Assembly: GCF_036321535.1 (NCBI RefSeq)
Contig: NC_087436.1
Span: 119,538,001 to 119,602,000, forward strand
Reading direction: 5' to 3'
Source of the DNA: Camelus dromedarius
Lineage: Eukaryota
Length of the DNA stretch: 64,000 nt
The notes under the pieces were generated by a model. The model saw only the letters and a list, made by a program, of their open reading frames with translations, had not been told where the DNA came from and searched no databases. Position 1 is the stretch's first letter. Each line of letters starts with the position of its first letter. The position numbers and the translations under genes were made by a program. Shown piece after piece: positions 1-11,575 of this stretch.

Positions 1-120
1 CCGTGTCCCCCCCCCCCCCCCCGCAGCCCGGGAGCGGGCGCGGGCGCACGCGAGGTCGTGTCCGTGTCCGCCCGCGAAGCCCAGGTTGAGGCCACCGGGA
101 AGGGGGACAAGTGGAAGGAG
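1..120. promoter_or_regulatory. Tail of a CpG island, probably the start of TADA2B intron 1 (exon 1 and promoter lie left of the window)
   Basis: Dense CpG (gcgggcgcgggcgcacgcg, cgcccgcg) and a C16 run at 7-22, decaying to ordinary GC-rich sequence. The assignment to TADA2B intron 1 is inferred from exon 2 at 5361. Confidence 0.6.
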
Positions 121-934
121 CGACTAACGAAGGCTGATGCCCAGTGTCCTGCTCACATCCCTCCTCACAGGGACGGCCGGCATGTGTCACGGACTCGTGA
201 GGGACAGGCCAGGCCCCGAGTGTCCAGGCAGCAGAGCGCCTGCCAGGGGTCGGAGTCCTCCGGCCTCTCAGCCAGAGACTGTCCTTGCAGCCTGCACCCC
301 CTCCCCCGGGGCCTGGACTCCGCTCCCTCTGCTGCCCTCGGGCCTGGCTGCGTCCTGGCCGCCCCTGGGGTCTCTGCCCCACCCCCCGGGGGCCGCAGGT
401 TCATGTGGTGAGCCTTCTGGTTGCTTTTGGCCCACGGACGCTTCTCCTCTTAAAGAAAAAGGAGGCTGGAACCGCGTCTCCCTAGGGAGGTACCGCACAC
501 TGCCCGCCCCCAAGCCTGGCTGAAAAGCCTCGGGCCAAGCGGGCCTCCAGGCCTTTGCCTCCACTTCACGAGCAGACGCTGCCGTTGAGAGAGGCTGCGT
601 TCAGACTGCTCCGGAGCAAAGCTGCCGACCTGCACAGAGAGGGTGCTCTGTGACCTGGAGACGGTCGCTCTGGTAAAAGCACTGGTTTGTTCACAAGAAC
701 TGGACAGAATCCTCTGCACAGGGAAGAAGTAGGTCTCTCTGTGCCCCCGCACGCGTCCCAGAGATCACAGAGCGAGAGGTGGCAGCGCTGCTGTAATGTG
801 GTTGGTCTGGAAAGGAGAGTGGGAGCCCCAAGGTCTGGCCTTGCTCTGCCTTTTGAAAGTCTAAGAAAGCGCGATTGCAGGGACCCCCCTTTTGGTGTGC
901 ACTGCGTCAGTTCCCCAGGGTACAGGCCGCGTGG

Positions 935-1085
935 TGACCTGGGCCCTTCCTTGGGGGTAGTGTCACCTAAGGTTATTCTCCTAACCTATAAAATGTGGGT
1001 AATCATGCTACCTCGTGGGAATTGCTGGGAGGATGAAATGAGGTGATCTGTGTAAAAGGCCTTACCTGGTAACTGTTATTATTAT
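935..1085 (+). mobile_element. MIR SINE fragment
   Basis: Core cctataaaatgtgggtaatcatgctacctc...gaggatgaaatgag resembles the MIR consensus. Confidence 0.65.
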
Positions 1086-1309
1086 GAATTTTGTTTTATC
1101 CTGGCAAAACCCTGTAAGAAGACTAATTACAGATCAAGAAGCAGAATTTGAGAGGATAAGGGTTTCCCGGCTAGTAGTAATTGAGTCAGAACCTGAGCCT
1201 GGCTCTAGGTTTCCTCAAAGCCTTCCTGGAGGAGATGATCTGGGTCTTCAGGGTAAACCTGAGTTGTGGAAGTGGAGCTGATGGCTCCGTGGTTGTGGTG
1301 ACAGGCAAC

Positions 1310-1510
1310 ACTGATGGAGCGCAAACTGCTCCCAGCCAGGGGCTTAGCATGGGGTGCGTATCCCCTCGTTTAATCCCCCGTCGTCCTGTGGAGTAGGTGG
1401 TAGTATTACCTCCGTAATTCAGACAAAGAGATTGAGGCACAGAGAAGTTAAGTGATTTGTCCAAGTTACTCAGCAGTTAAGGGGTGGAGCCAGGATTGGA
1501 ACCCTGAAGC
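1310..1510 (-). mobile_element. MIR SINE fragment
   Basis: gattgaggcacagagaagttaagtgatttgtccaag...ggagccaggattggaaccc matches the reverse-strand MIR core. Confidence 0.7.
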
Positions 1511-4500
1511 CCGGCCAAGCCTGTGCACGTGGAGAACAGTCTGCTTTTTGTCTGGAGGATGGGCCGGCACAGCAACCCTTGTGTGGACCTCCAGACGGGG
1601 CACAGGCAGCCTCGGGCCTGGAGGAGAGGAACCCTGAGGCGGCCTTACTGGTGGACCTGGCCAGCCCGCAGTGCTGATGGTTTCCCGGGACTGTTCCCTC
1701 CTTTCCCTGCTCAGGTGCTGGAGGCCAGCACAAGCGCCCTGAAAAGGCCGGAAGGAGAGCCGACCGGCTGGAGAGCCCGGTGGAGCTGCTGCCCGCTCTC
1801 CTTTCCTGGAGAGGCTGTGTCCTGGCCTGAGTCTAGCGACCTTGGAAAGTAGACCTCAGGGCCCAGTTCAGTGTCTTAGAGGCATCTTTTCCTTTATTTT
1901 TCAAAGGGCTTAAGGAAGCGGCATACTTATCTCTCCTTACCTTTTTCCAAAGATGGGAGCCTCTCTCTCTTTTCTGAGGTAGCATATAAGAGCAAACCTC
2001 GCAGGCCTGGGGCCACTCGCCTGTATGTTACTATGCGGCAGTGGGGAAGGAACCAACTTCAGTGTGCAGTCCTGGTCCTTGTGTAGTTTGACTTATTTGC
2101 ACTTGACCTTTCTCTCCAAATCTCATTCCCCCGAACTCATTTCTGTTGCTTCTCCCTGCCTAGCTGCCTGTCCATCCATCCATCCTTCTGTCCACCCAGA
2201 GTAAGCAAATACTTTGACCTTGAACATGTGAAGGAAAGACCCACTCTCTCTGTCACTCACCTGCTGTCACTGTGATGCTGCAAGGTGGTGACAGGATACT
2301 TAGTTGCAGGAGGTGGGCGGGTCTTGTGTGACCATATACATGAAGACGAGAAGTTCAGGATGTGACGAGCAGGGCACTGGGCAGGGGCGGATGTGCTGTA
2401 GCTGTTGCTATTTTTAACCCTTGTCTTTTACAATATGTTTATTACTGTGGTTTCGCATCACCGAACCTGTCTGTCCTCTGTGGACTCTTGTTAGAATCAG
2501 AGCTGTGTCACTGCCCCCATTTCCACTGTCCCATTATGACCCTCGCTGTCTCAGAGTACTTGGAAATTAGGGTCTTGTGTGCTTTCCCGGGCCTTTCTCA
2601 CTGGTCACTAAGCTAACATGGTGGGCCCTGGGGGGCGAGGCTGTTTCCACAGTCGCCGGCGGCAGCGTCTCCCCTCACAGTGGCCAAGGCTGATGCTGAG
2701 GGGGCTCCTGGGCTCCTGGTCACAGGGCACTGGTCCCTCTGCTTTGTGGCTTCATAAACACTGGTGGCCTGGGCCCATATGGAGCCAGCGTCTGCATTTG
2801 CTACCTGAAGAGGAGCTGGGTGACTGAGGAGGCAGCACAGGTCCACAGCTGTCTGCCTGAGGTCCCCGGTTGTGTGCCTGGATGGGGAGACTGCCTCCTG
2901 TTCTGGGCTGTAGCCCTGGGATTGTGGATGTTTGCGGAGCAAGACATGGAACTTGTGGGGGCAGGAGGGGTGACATCACCTGCACGTGGACATGGACTGA
3001 CACCCACCTGTGCACTGTCGGGAGCGCCTCATGGAACAGGAGCATCTTCTCTTTTGAGCACTCTTTTTTAATTTTTTTGTCCCTTTAAATATTCTGGATG
3101 AAAACCTTAGACCTGTTTAAACAGAGAATTCTGAGGTAGGATTTAACTTTACTTAAAAAAAAAACTTAGATTTACTCAAAAAAGTGAAAAAACAGTACAC
3201 AAAGTTCCCACATACCTTCCCCATATCCTTCCAGAAATGTGAGCCTCTTGCATCAGCTCGGTGCTTAGAGAAAGCAGGAAGTTGACGGGGGTACAGGACC
3301 GTTGGCTCACAGGCAGCGGGGGCAGGGTCCCATCTGGGCCCATTGATGTAGCTGCCACCTCTCCTCCGGTCCACACACTTCTTTGTCTCTGACCAGACAC
3401 GTTTGCAGAGTGGCTTTAATTTGGGTTTGGCCACCGTGCTCTGGTGATGTGGGAAGGACTTCAGACAACTCAGTACAAAGTCTTCGTTTGGTCAGATGCA
3501 GCTTTACTGCTTAGAATCCTTCTGTTCTTTCAGGATTTACATTTTACCCCAAATGTGGTGTTCTGCGCACCTGATGATTTCTGGAAGGCTGAGGTTCGGG
3601 GTGGACAGCAGACTTGTTGGGAGGGCGGACCTCTCGCGGCAGGTCTGCTAGACGGGGCCAAGGTCTGCACCACCCAGCCGCTGTGGCCTTGGGTGGCGGT
3701 GAGGGGTGAGAAGCCCCCAGGCCAGGCTCCAGGCCTCTGGCGGCTTCCCCATTCTCCGACACCCTGGTGAGCATGTCCTTTCCTCCCGAAAGGGCATGTG
3801 TCAACGATGCAGATTCTCTGCATGTTATGGGGGCTTCCGGCCCCAAGGTGGGGTGGGCAGAAAAGCATTAAGGTCCTCCAGCACCTCTCTGCCTGTGGGG
3901 GGGTGCTTCTGGTGAGCGGCTGGAAAGGCAGGGTGGGCAGGCTGCCCCGGGCTCCTTTACTGGTGAAAACTCGAGGCTCCGAGGCAGGAGTGGCCAGACT
4001 GGTCACAGTGACAGTAGCTGCTGGGAATGGTTGTGATTTGCTTTTGGGATTTGTTTGTTTGTTTGTTTGTTCGTTTTTGGACCAAATGTCTTCTGGGAAA
4101 GTGTTAGAGAATTGATGCTAATAGTGATTTTTAAATAAGAAACCATGTGGCCAGCCCATCCCCATGAGACAGCGTCCAGTTTTAGTCCTGATCTTCCCAC
4201 TTCTCTTTGCGGTGCTCAGAAGGAGGCCTCGCAGGTTAGGTGCGGGTCTTGCCTTCTTTGTTCTGATGGCTTTAAGCCCCGCCCTCCATGCGGCTCCATC
4301 CCGGCCAGGAGCCGAGCTGGCCAGTCACTGTGCCACGAGGACCTCCCTCCCCCCGGTGCCCAGTTTGTCAGCAGGGTCAGCCCGGGTGGGCTGGTTTCTT
4401 TGACTCCAGTTTGGCTTTTGGGGGTGCAGAGACCATTCCAGTCTCGAGGGATGAGCATTTCTGGGGCGGAAGGCGGCCTCTGTGTCTTGGCGGCTGCTGG

Positions 4501-5360
4501 AGCTGAGAGGACCAGGTGAGGGGTGCATGCAGCGGGTGAGAAGTGGCTGCTGGCTGAATGAGTGCGCACTTCGGGCAGTTACTTTCTGAAGTGGCTTTAG
4601 CGGTTGACTTTAAGGAAGAGGCCTCTTGGCAGAAGGAAAAGATTGAGGGGGTTGTACAATTTCCTCCCATTAATAACCCTGTGCTCATGGGTTACTGTCT
4701 GGTAGGAACGCATGCTCGCTGGGGCCCATTGAGGGTGTCATTGGTTGCGGTCCTCCACCCACTTTAAGAGGTTCTTTCCTGGTCATCTGACTGCCACCTA
4801 GGAAAGGGACACACTGGGCCTCAGCCCTTCTGTTTGGGAGGCTGGGAGTGGGACCTCCTGTGCAGGGGACCTGGGCCGGGGCTGTTCTCTGGTCTAGACA
4901 CAGAGGTGGGACTGGGACGCAGTGGGCACCTTAGGGTCTGGCTGCCACCCGCCCCCACCATGTCCTGTTAACCTCCCAGACGCCAGAGAGCTGGGTTTGT
5001 TGCGGGCAAAACGGCCAGTGCTGGCTGGCCCTGCTCCTCCTCTTGGGGAACCAGGTGAACAGAGCCAGCATCTCTGATGTGGGTTCTGATTCCTGGGCCA
5101 CCAGCTCCCACATGAGCCTGGACACGGGTGCGCCTCTCTGATCTGCACTTTCTCACGCAGGGAATCAGTCAGGGTTCTTTCCTGCGCTGACATCCATTTG
5201 GTCAGCCCAGTCCCCTGCAGGAGCATCCTTCGGGAGGGGGGATAACGCTGTCAGTAGGAGGTAGTCCAGTGAACCTTTGCGGAAACGTTAAGGGGCTTTG
5301 CCCGAACCGTGAGTCTGACCCTCTGGCTTTGGAAATGACCTCTGACCTTTGTTGTTGTAG

Positions 5361-6353
5361 GAAGACATGGCTGCCCACGTCGGCGCTTCCCGGACTCCCC
5401 AGGAAGTGATGGAGCATTATGTAAGCATGTACATCCACGGAAACCTGGGGAAAGCCTGCATCCCCGACACCATCCCCAATCGGGTGACAGACCACACCTG
5501 CCCCAGTGGAGGCCCCCTCTCTCCCAGCCTCACCACCCCCTTGCCTCCCCTAGACATCTCGGTGGCCGAGCAGCAGCAGCTGGGCTACATGCCGCTGCGG
5601 GACGACTACGAGATCGAGTATGACCAGGACGCCGAGACGCTCATCAGCGGGCTCTCGGTCAACTACGACGACGACGACGTGGAGATCGAGCTGAAGCGCG
5701 CGCACGTGGACATGTACGTGCGGAAGCTCAAGGAGCGGCAGCGGCGCAAGAACATCGCGCGCGACTACAACCTGGTGCCGGCCTTCCTGGGCAAGGACAA
5801 GAAGGAGAAGGAGAAGGCGGCCAAGCGCAAGGTCACCAAGGAGGAGAAGGAGCTGCGGCTGAAGCTGCGGCCGCTCTACCAGTTCATGTCCTGCAAGGAG
5901 TTCGATGACCTGTTCGAGAACATGCACAAGGAGAAGATGCTGCGCGCCAAGATCCGGGAGCTGCAGCGGTACCGGCGCAACGGCATCACCAAGATGGAGG
6001 AGTCGGCCGAGTACGAGGCGGCTCGGCACAAGCGCGAGAAGCGGAAGGAGAACAAAAACGCCGCGGGCTCCAAGAGGGGCAAGGAGGACGGCAAGGACAG
6101 CGAGTTCGCCGCCATCGAGCACCTGCCCGGCTTTGAGCTTTTGTCGGACCGCGAGAAGGTGCTCTGTAGCTCCCTGAACCTGAGCCCCGCGCGCTACGTG
6201 ACCGTGAAGACCATCATCATTAAGGACCACCTCCAGAAACGGCAAGGGATTCCCTCCAAGAGCCGCCTTCCCAGTTACTTGGACAAAGTCCTCAAGAAAA
6301 GGATTTTAAACTTCCTGACGGAAAGTGGTTGGATATCCAGGGATGCTTCCTGA
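5361..6353 (+). CDS. TADA2B: Transcriptional adapter 2-beta (SAGA HAT-module subunit), last coding exon, 330 aa; the N-terminal ZZ/SANT part is encoded upstream of the window
   Basis: Acceptor ctgacctttgttgttgtag|GAAGACATG, in frame with ORF 5367-6353. The peptide EDMAAHVGASRTPQEVMEHY...LGYMPLRDDYEIEYDQDAE...LPGFELLSDREKVLCSSLNLSPARY...FLTESGWISRDAS is recognisable ADA2b, including the C-terminal SWIRM-like domain. Stop TGA at 6351-6353. Confidence 0.97.
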   Translation, partial: EDMAAHVGASRTPQEVMEHYVSMYIHGNLGKACIPDTIPNRVTDHTCPSGGPLSPSLTTPLPPLDISVAEQQQLGYMPLRDDYEIEYDQDAETLISGLSVNYDDDDVEIELKRAHVDMYVRKLKERQRRKNIARDYNLVPAFLGKDKKEKEKAAKRKVTKEEKELRLKLRPLYQFMSCKEFDDLFENMHKEKMLRAKIRELQRYRRNGITKMEESAEYEAARHKREKRKENKNAAGSKRGKEDGKDSEFAAIEHLPGFELLSDREKVLCSSLNLSPARYVTVKTIIIKDHLQKRQGIPSKSRLPSYLDKVLKKRILNFLTESGWISRDAS

Positions 6354-7699
6354 GGCCGGGGCGCTGTGAAAGCCGGAATGATGCTAAGAAGCTTGTGAGC
6401 CAAAATGATTGGGGTGAGGGAGGGGGGAGGAAACGCTTTTTTCCCCATTGTTGCTCTTTTTTAAACAAATTGAGTTCCTTTTTTTAGGATACAAATTCTT
6501 TTTACGGTCCTCTGAAGAAGCAATAGTAACAATCTTATATCGGATCATGGGGGAGGCAGATATATGTATATTTTAACTTAGTCCTAAAAGTAATCCTTTA
6601 AGATGACGACTTGCCTTCACGTGTTCAGTTTGGAGAATATTGTGAGACTAATTTCCTTTTATTTGTGAGTTTCTTCCCTTTGGTACACGACTGTCGTTCT
6701 GTAGGTAAAGGAGCACCATTCCCCGCCCGGCCTCCAGCTTCTCCCTGTGACCCGGGCTCCGCTGGCCGCCCACGGCGGCCCAGACCCCCAGCACAGCCCG
6801 GCACGTGGCACTTTAGATGGGGCCAGTCAGGCAGATGGGACTGTGGGGCTGTGGGACAGGATGGGACGTCAGTAGGGACTTTAAAGGAGGAATCTGGTGT
6901 CAAACACAGTGGCCACATGAGCTTCCCTTTAACCCCCAGGCAGTGGCAGTTTGAGCTCAGGGTGGGAGAGGCGGAGCTGTGGTGGGAGGAACGGCAGACC
7001 CCCTGGGTCTCAGGGGTGCTTTGGGGGGGAGCCTAAGCGGGGGCGGAGGGGACTGGGACCAGCTCCAGCTGCCAGAACAACACTGAGCGGCCTCCCCTGG
7101 GGCTGCTGCTTGCTGCTCTGAGAACCTGCAGTGCATTTTACTTGGAAGAACTCGTTTTAGAAACGTCAGGCTAAGAGCTCTGGGCTCTGGTGTTGGCTCC
7201 CTCCAGGGTTTTCAGCTCCCTTGCAAGTGCCTCTTTCACCGAGACTCTGGCCATGTGTCTTCCTGGGGGTGGCACCCGGCACTCAGCCAGGTCAGGGTAG
7301 GAGGGAGCACTGCGGCCGCTGCCTCCAACCAGACTCAGAGCGGCTGCCGCCCAGCCGGGTTTAGAAACACGTTCAGGGGTGGTCTTTCACGGACGTACAC
7401 GGTACCTTCCTTCCAGAACTTGAGAAAGGCATGACTTCCGGCTGCTCGGGGCTCTGGTGTCCAAGACCCTGCTTAAGAGTGGGCGGAGTGGCCGCGGCCC
7501 CAGGGCTCCACCCCTCCCGAGCTTGTCCTGCCCCCATAGCCCCCAAGACTGTTTACCTCCTAGAATGTTTGGGTGTGAAGTTACATTAAAGTGAAGTTAT
7601 TTGAAAGAAAAAAAACCTCATCATTTCCAAGGATGACTTAATTACGGTGCCTTTTCCTTTCTTTTTGCATCCTTCTGACCCTAGGGTAAATTTTCCAGC

Positions 7700-7709
7700 A
7701 TTAAATAAA
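7700..7709 (+). terminator. Candidate proximal poly(A) signal of TADA2B
   Basis: ATTAAATAAA (ATTAAA overlapping AATAAA) followed by GT-rich ctgtatgtggcttt about 20-30 nt downstream. Confidence 0.55.
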
Positions 7710-7940
7710 ATATTTCAAGTATACTGTATGTGGCTTTAGTTGCAAAATACGCTGCATGTGGGCAGAGAAGCACTCCCTGTGCCCAGGACTTCTCTTTGTC
7801 CATAGGAAATAGCCAGCACTAGTGTCATTCTTGAGGGCCACCCCCACACCGTCCCCTGCAGGGTAACTGCAGCCAACAGAGCCGGTACTGTCTATCCAAG
7901 CTGTGATGGGGAGGTGCTAAGTTTTTACAGGGCTTTTGGC

Positions 7941-8097
7941 CAGTGGTCCTCATCTAGGGCTCCTGGGAACCTGCTAGGAGTGCACTCAGGCCCTGCCCAG
8001 TCCCCCTGAATCAGAAACCCTGTGGTTGGGGTCCATGGAGCTGTTTCTGCAAGCCTTCCAGGGGACTGGGATGCAGGCGAGAGTTCAAGAACCACTG
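7941..8097. mobile_element. MER5-type hAT DNA transposon relic (MITE) in the TADA2B 3' region
   Basis: Inverted termini CAGTGGT...ACCACTG, internal ctgaatcagaaacc typical of MER5A, and similar flanks gcttttggc / gctttagc (degenerate TSD). Confidence 0.75.
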
Positions 8098-9909
8098 GCT
8101 TTAGCTACTCTGGTATCTTCATCGATTTTCTACATCAGATTCCTAGTTTGGTGAGGTTTTAAATTTAGTCTTATTTTTATATAAAATGATTGCCAGCCTT
8201 TCATTAAGCTTGAGAAGCAAAAGATCCCTGTAAATATGTGTGGCCCTGGCCAAGAGCTGTCGAATGAAAAACTTTGTGCTTAAGCAGGTTTTCTGTATGT
8301 GTATCTTTTTGATGGTATGAAGAATTTATTTAGGCTTGACTGTGTTTAAACATCATAATGAATGTATAATTAATTTATGTTAAAGTATTAACACTGTTAC
8401 AGGGGAAAAGTCATCTTATGACTGGCTGCCTCTTACCCCACCAAGTCCAGCTATTACTGTCAACATCGGTCCTTACCCTGCTGTTAGCTCGGAGCCTTTA
8501 CATTTATGTATTTAATTCTCAGGATAAATTCGTCACCGGAATCCAGTGGAATTAGGTCTTTTCAAAATTTAAACAATTTGAGTCAAGAAAGATAATTCAG
8601 CTATTCCAGAATAATGCTCTGGACAGCCAACATTCCGAGAATGTGATAAAACTGAAACCCCGCCTACCACTCTCTCCCTTTTACACATTAAACAGGTTGA
8701 GAACCAGTGTCACTGCTTGCTTTTTACCGCCTGCCCCTCGAGCCTCAGCTTTTCAGAGCCTTGGAGATGGTGCGAACCGGCTTTCAAACACAGAATGGGG
8801 GACACTGTGACATGTTTTAGTGTGGTGCTTCTGTGTCACACCAGTTTTCCCTCCAAACTGTGAGTTAAAATTGACTTCTGTTAAGCAGAAAACCCTTCCT
8901 GCCACCCCTCCTTTCCTGAAATTAGCGGAACACCCGGAGAAGGGTGACTTCCACGAGCCAGGCTGCACGGTCTGCGGTGAGTGGACGAGTGCTGGCTCCG
9001 TCGTGGGCCCTGTGCGGCAGATCCAGACTGCAACTATGCAAAACCCTGGAATTCACGAGAAAGCAGCCCCCACCGGTCTTTAATTGCCAGTGTCGGTATG
9101 AACAGCACTGTCTTCCTGTTCGTGGTGGCAATGGATGGGGATACGGTTCCCCAAATGTAAGCTAGGCTCTCTAGGTTTAGCCTCTTAGCAGGTGCCACTC
9201 TAGCTGAATACGGAGGGGAGGGGACTGCACACATTCACAGAAGTTAGTTTGAAAATTCTAATTCACCCTTCATCTTACAAGTGAGTCTAGGGAGGTGAAA
9301 TGACAGCCTCACAGTTACGCAGTACAAAAAGCAGGCTGTGACTCCCTGTCCTGTTTCTCAGTACGCCACAGGCTGCCTTTAATTCTGGGCTATGCTTTTG
9401 ACAAAATAATTTAAAGCAGCTTAAAGGAAAAGAGGGAACTCTTTTGAAATGGTATAAATGTAACTATGGGAATGTTACCTACATCTTCCAAAGTGACGGC
9501 CCTGCCTTTTTAAATGCAGTAACTAGATTTAACGGCACTTGACCTTCAATCCTAGAAGTACCTTGCAGAAGCAGAAACAGTGGGAAGTTACTTTTTCTCT
9601 TGTTGATAACAGCCATCTCAGTCATTCAACTTCTTCCCTAATGTAAAGGAGGAACGGAGTGCTCTGTGTATACTGGCTCCTGCTGTCTCCATGGTTGCAG
9701 GCGGACACGCGCAGGCCCAGGCCCTCGCCTGCCAGGGACGGCCCTGGGGAAGCTGCTCTCCCTTCAGGTACAGAAGCCGGCGCGTTCACATGTGTTGGGT
9801 ACACAGCCTCAGGACTTGAGCAGTAAGTCACAGTTATCCTTGTAAGGATCTCCGCCACCAAAGCACACAAAATAGTTATCAGAATGTAGGAAAATAAACG
9901 TATCAGGGC

Positions 9910-9915
9910 TTTAAT
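9910..9915 (-). terminator. Candidate distal poly(A) signal (ATTAAA) of GRPEL1, about 780 nt after the stop codon
   Basis: tttaat on + at 9910-9915. On the minus strand it is followed by U-rich cgtttatttt and GU-rich ttttgtgtgctttggtgg, as expected of a downstream element. Confidence 0.6.
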
Positions 9916-10409
9916 CCTCTTAAATAAGATTAAACATTAACATTTAAAATATACCAAGCATGCAGCCCTTGGATTTCTTAAAAAGTCCATCTTACTAGGG
10001 AAAAATATCTCCAGGTCATTAGCAACTAGCTGGGTACAGATTTAAACATTTCTATAAAAAGATGAACAAAACAGGTTAAAAGTAACCAATTTTGTCAGAC
10101 TCAAGTTACTGGCAAAATCAGATGGCGAGGACTGTTAACAGTGCACCCACTCACTTCTCAGCTCCAAAAGCCAGAAGGCGATCACTTTTAGCAGTGAGAC
10201 GGTAGCTGATGATAAATGAATTCAAAAGTGTTCTTCACCAAGGGCATCATAAAATTTTTCTTGGCAAAAAAAATGTTAAACCTTTACCCTTCCTTCACTG
10301 AAGCAAGGCAGTGGACTACGGGGTCCAGGGACTCGCGCGCTCCGGGAGACACAGAGGACGCGGCGCGGCGGCGACGCCAGCTACCCAAACTGCAGGCTCC
10401 GCGCAGACC

Positions 10410-10415
10410 TTTATT
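10410..10415 (-). terminator. Candidate proximal poly(A) signal (AATAAA) of GRPEL1
   Basis: tttatt on + at 10410-10415, about 280 nt after the stop codon. Confidence 0.5.
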
Positions 10416-10694
10416 CATTTAAAACATGGCGTCACCAGAGTGTGAGTAGACAGAGGTTTTCCTGACACCCTACAGTCCCGTCGAGTCCCGTCGCCCTGCT
10501 CTGTAAGCCCGAGGACCTAGTGACAGTAAAAATCAACGAACGAACTCCCGAATTAAGAGTTCATTAACGCAACTTGCTTAATTTTCTGTCGAGCCACTGG
10601 TTACTAAGGGCTTCTGACAAGGTTTAGGAAAAGGTCAAAAGTATTCAGAGACGAGAAAAGATGAAGGGCCTCGTAAGTGCGGCAGTGGGCGGCG

Positions 10695-11041
10695 CTAGGC
10701 CTCCTTGACCACGCCCACCAGGGCGGGCCTCAGCGTGCGCCCGTGCAGCTTGTAGCCCACTTTGCTGACCAGCGCCACGGTGCCGGGCTCCTTGCCCTCC
10801 ACCGGCGTGTGGAACAGGGCCTCGTGCTCGTACGGGTCGAACCTGGCCCCCAGGGGGTTCAGGCGGAGAAGGCCGTGCTTGCTGAACACTTTCTGGATCT
10901 GGACCTCTGTCATCAGGAGCCCCTCGTAGAGGTGCTTCAGGTGGGGGTTGTCGTCTCTGATCTCCTCCTTGGGAACTGACTCTGTTGCCTTCTCCAAGAT
11001 GTCTGCAACCTCCAGCAAGTCCTTGCAGAAGCCCTGGATGC
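10695..11041 (-). CDS. GRPEL1: GrpE protein homolog 1, mitochondrial: exon 4 (347 nt including TAG)
   Basis: Acceptor ...ccgcccag|GC ATC CAG GGC. Encodes (G)IQGFCKDLLEVADILEKA...FDPYEHEAL...GYKLHGRTLRPALVGVVKEA*, containing the GrpE signature motifs. Phase matches exon 3. Confidence 0.97.
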
Positions 11042-11419
11042 CTGGGCGGAGTCAAAGAAGATATCATTTGCATCCATATCAACTGCCCAGGCAATTAGAT
11101 CCCGAAGCCCTACTTCCTTCATGCACAGGCTGCTGAAAGACACCTTTTCAAATCATTCGTTTGTCCTAGAATTTCACTGGCTGGACTAAAACCCGAACTT
11201 CTGAGGTTTAGACAAGAGCCAGTGAGGTAGAGACAGGCAGCTCAAAGTGCAGACCCCTCACCATCAGCCCTGCCCAGACTGAGAGGGGCGTAAACTCCAG
11301 AGCCTGTTGTCCCCACGAAGTCCAGCCACGCTGTGGCCCCGGGCCCGCCAGGGAGAGGTGGCTGCTGTGCTCAGCTACAGAGCACGGGCCCGGGAACGTC
11401 TCCCTGGCTGGGACTGAAC

Positions 11420-11575
11420 TGCTGTGTGATCCTGGTTAACCTCCCTGGGCCTCAGCTTCTTCAGTTATAAAACAGGGGTAAGACTATCTAACACACAGCA
11501 TGCTCACGAGGATCAAAGTTCTACACACTCAGAGTGCCCGGAACACTCTCAGTACTCAGTAAGCATTAGCAGTTA
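11420..11575 (+). mobile_element. MIR SINE fragment in GRPEL1 intron 3
   Basis: ttaacctccctgggcctcagcttcttcagttataaaacagggg...gaggatcaaa. Confidence 0.6.

Larger units (their letters stand above)
6354..8710 (+). other. TADA2B: TADA2B 3' UTR (end uncertain; several candidate poly(A) sites)
   Basis: Follows the stop codon. AU-rich blocks at 6440-6680, 7580-7750 and 8150-8420. Overlapping ATTAAA/AATAAA at 7700-7709 and ATTAAA at 8687-8692. Confidence 0.6.

Noticed and set aside
7..22. Long C/G homopolymers (also ~27918, 28706, 38561, 41319)
   Set aside because: Common in GC-rich isochores, and their lengths are prone to sequencing error; no structure beyond the runs.
5550..6245. 231-aa antisense ORF over TADA2B exon 2
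   Set aside because: Shadow of extreme GC3 codon usage, which removes antisense stop codons. The V/L-rich translation resembles no known family.
10645..11094. 149-aa alternative-frame ORF overlapping GRPEL1 exon 4
   Set aside because: It starts in the intron, is out of frame with the spliced mRNA and is explained by high GC content.
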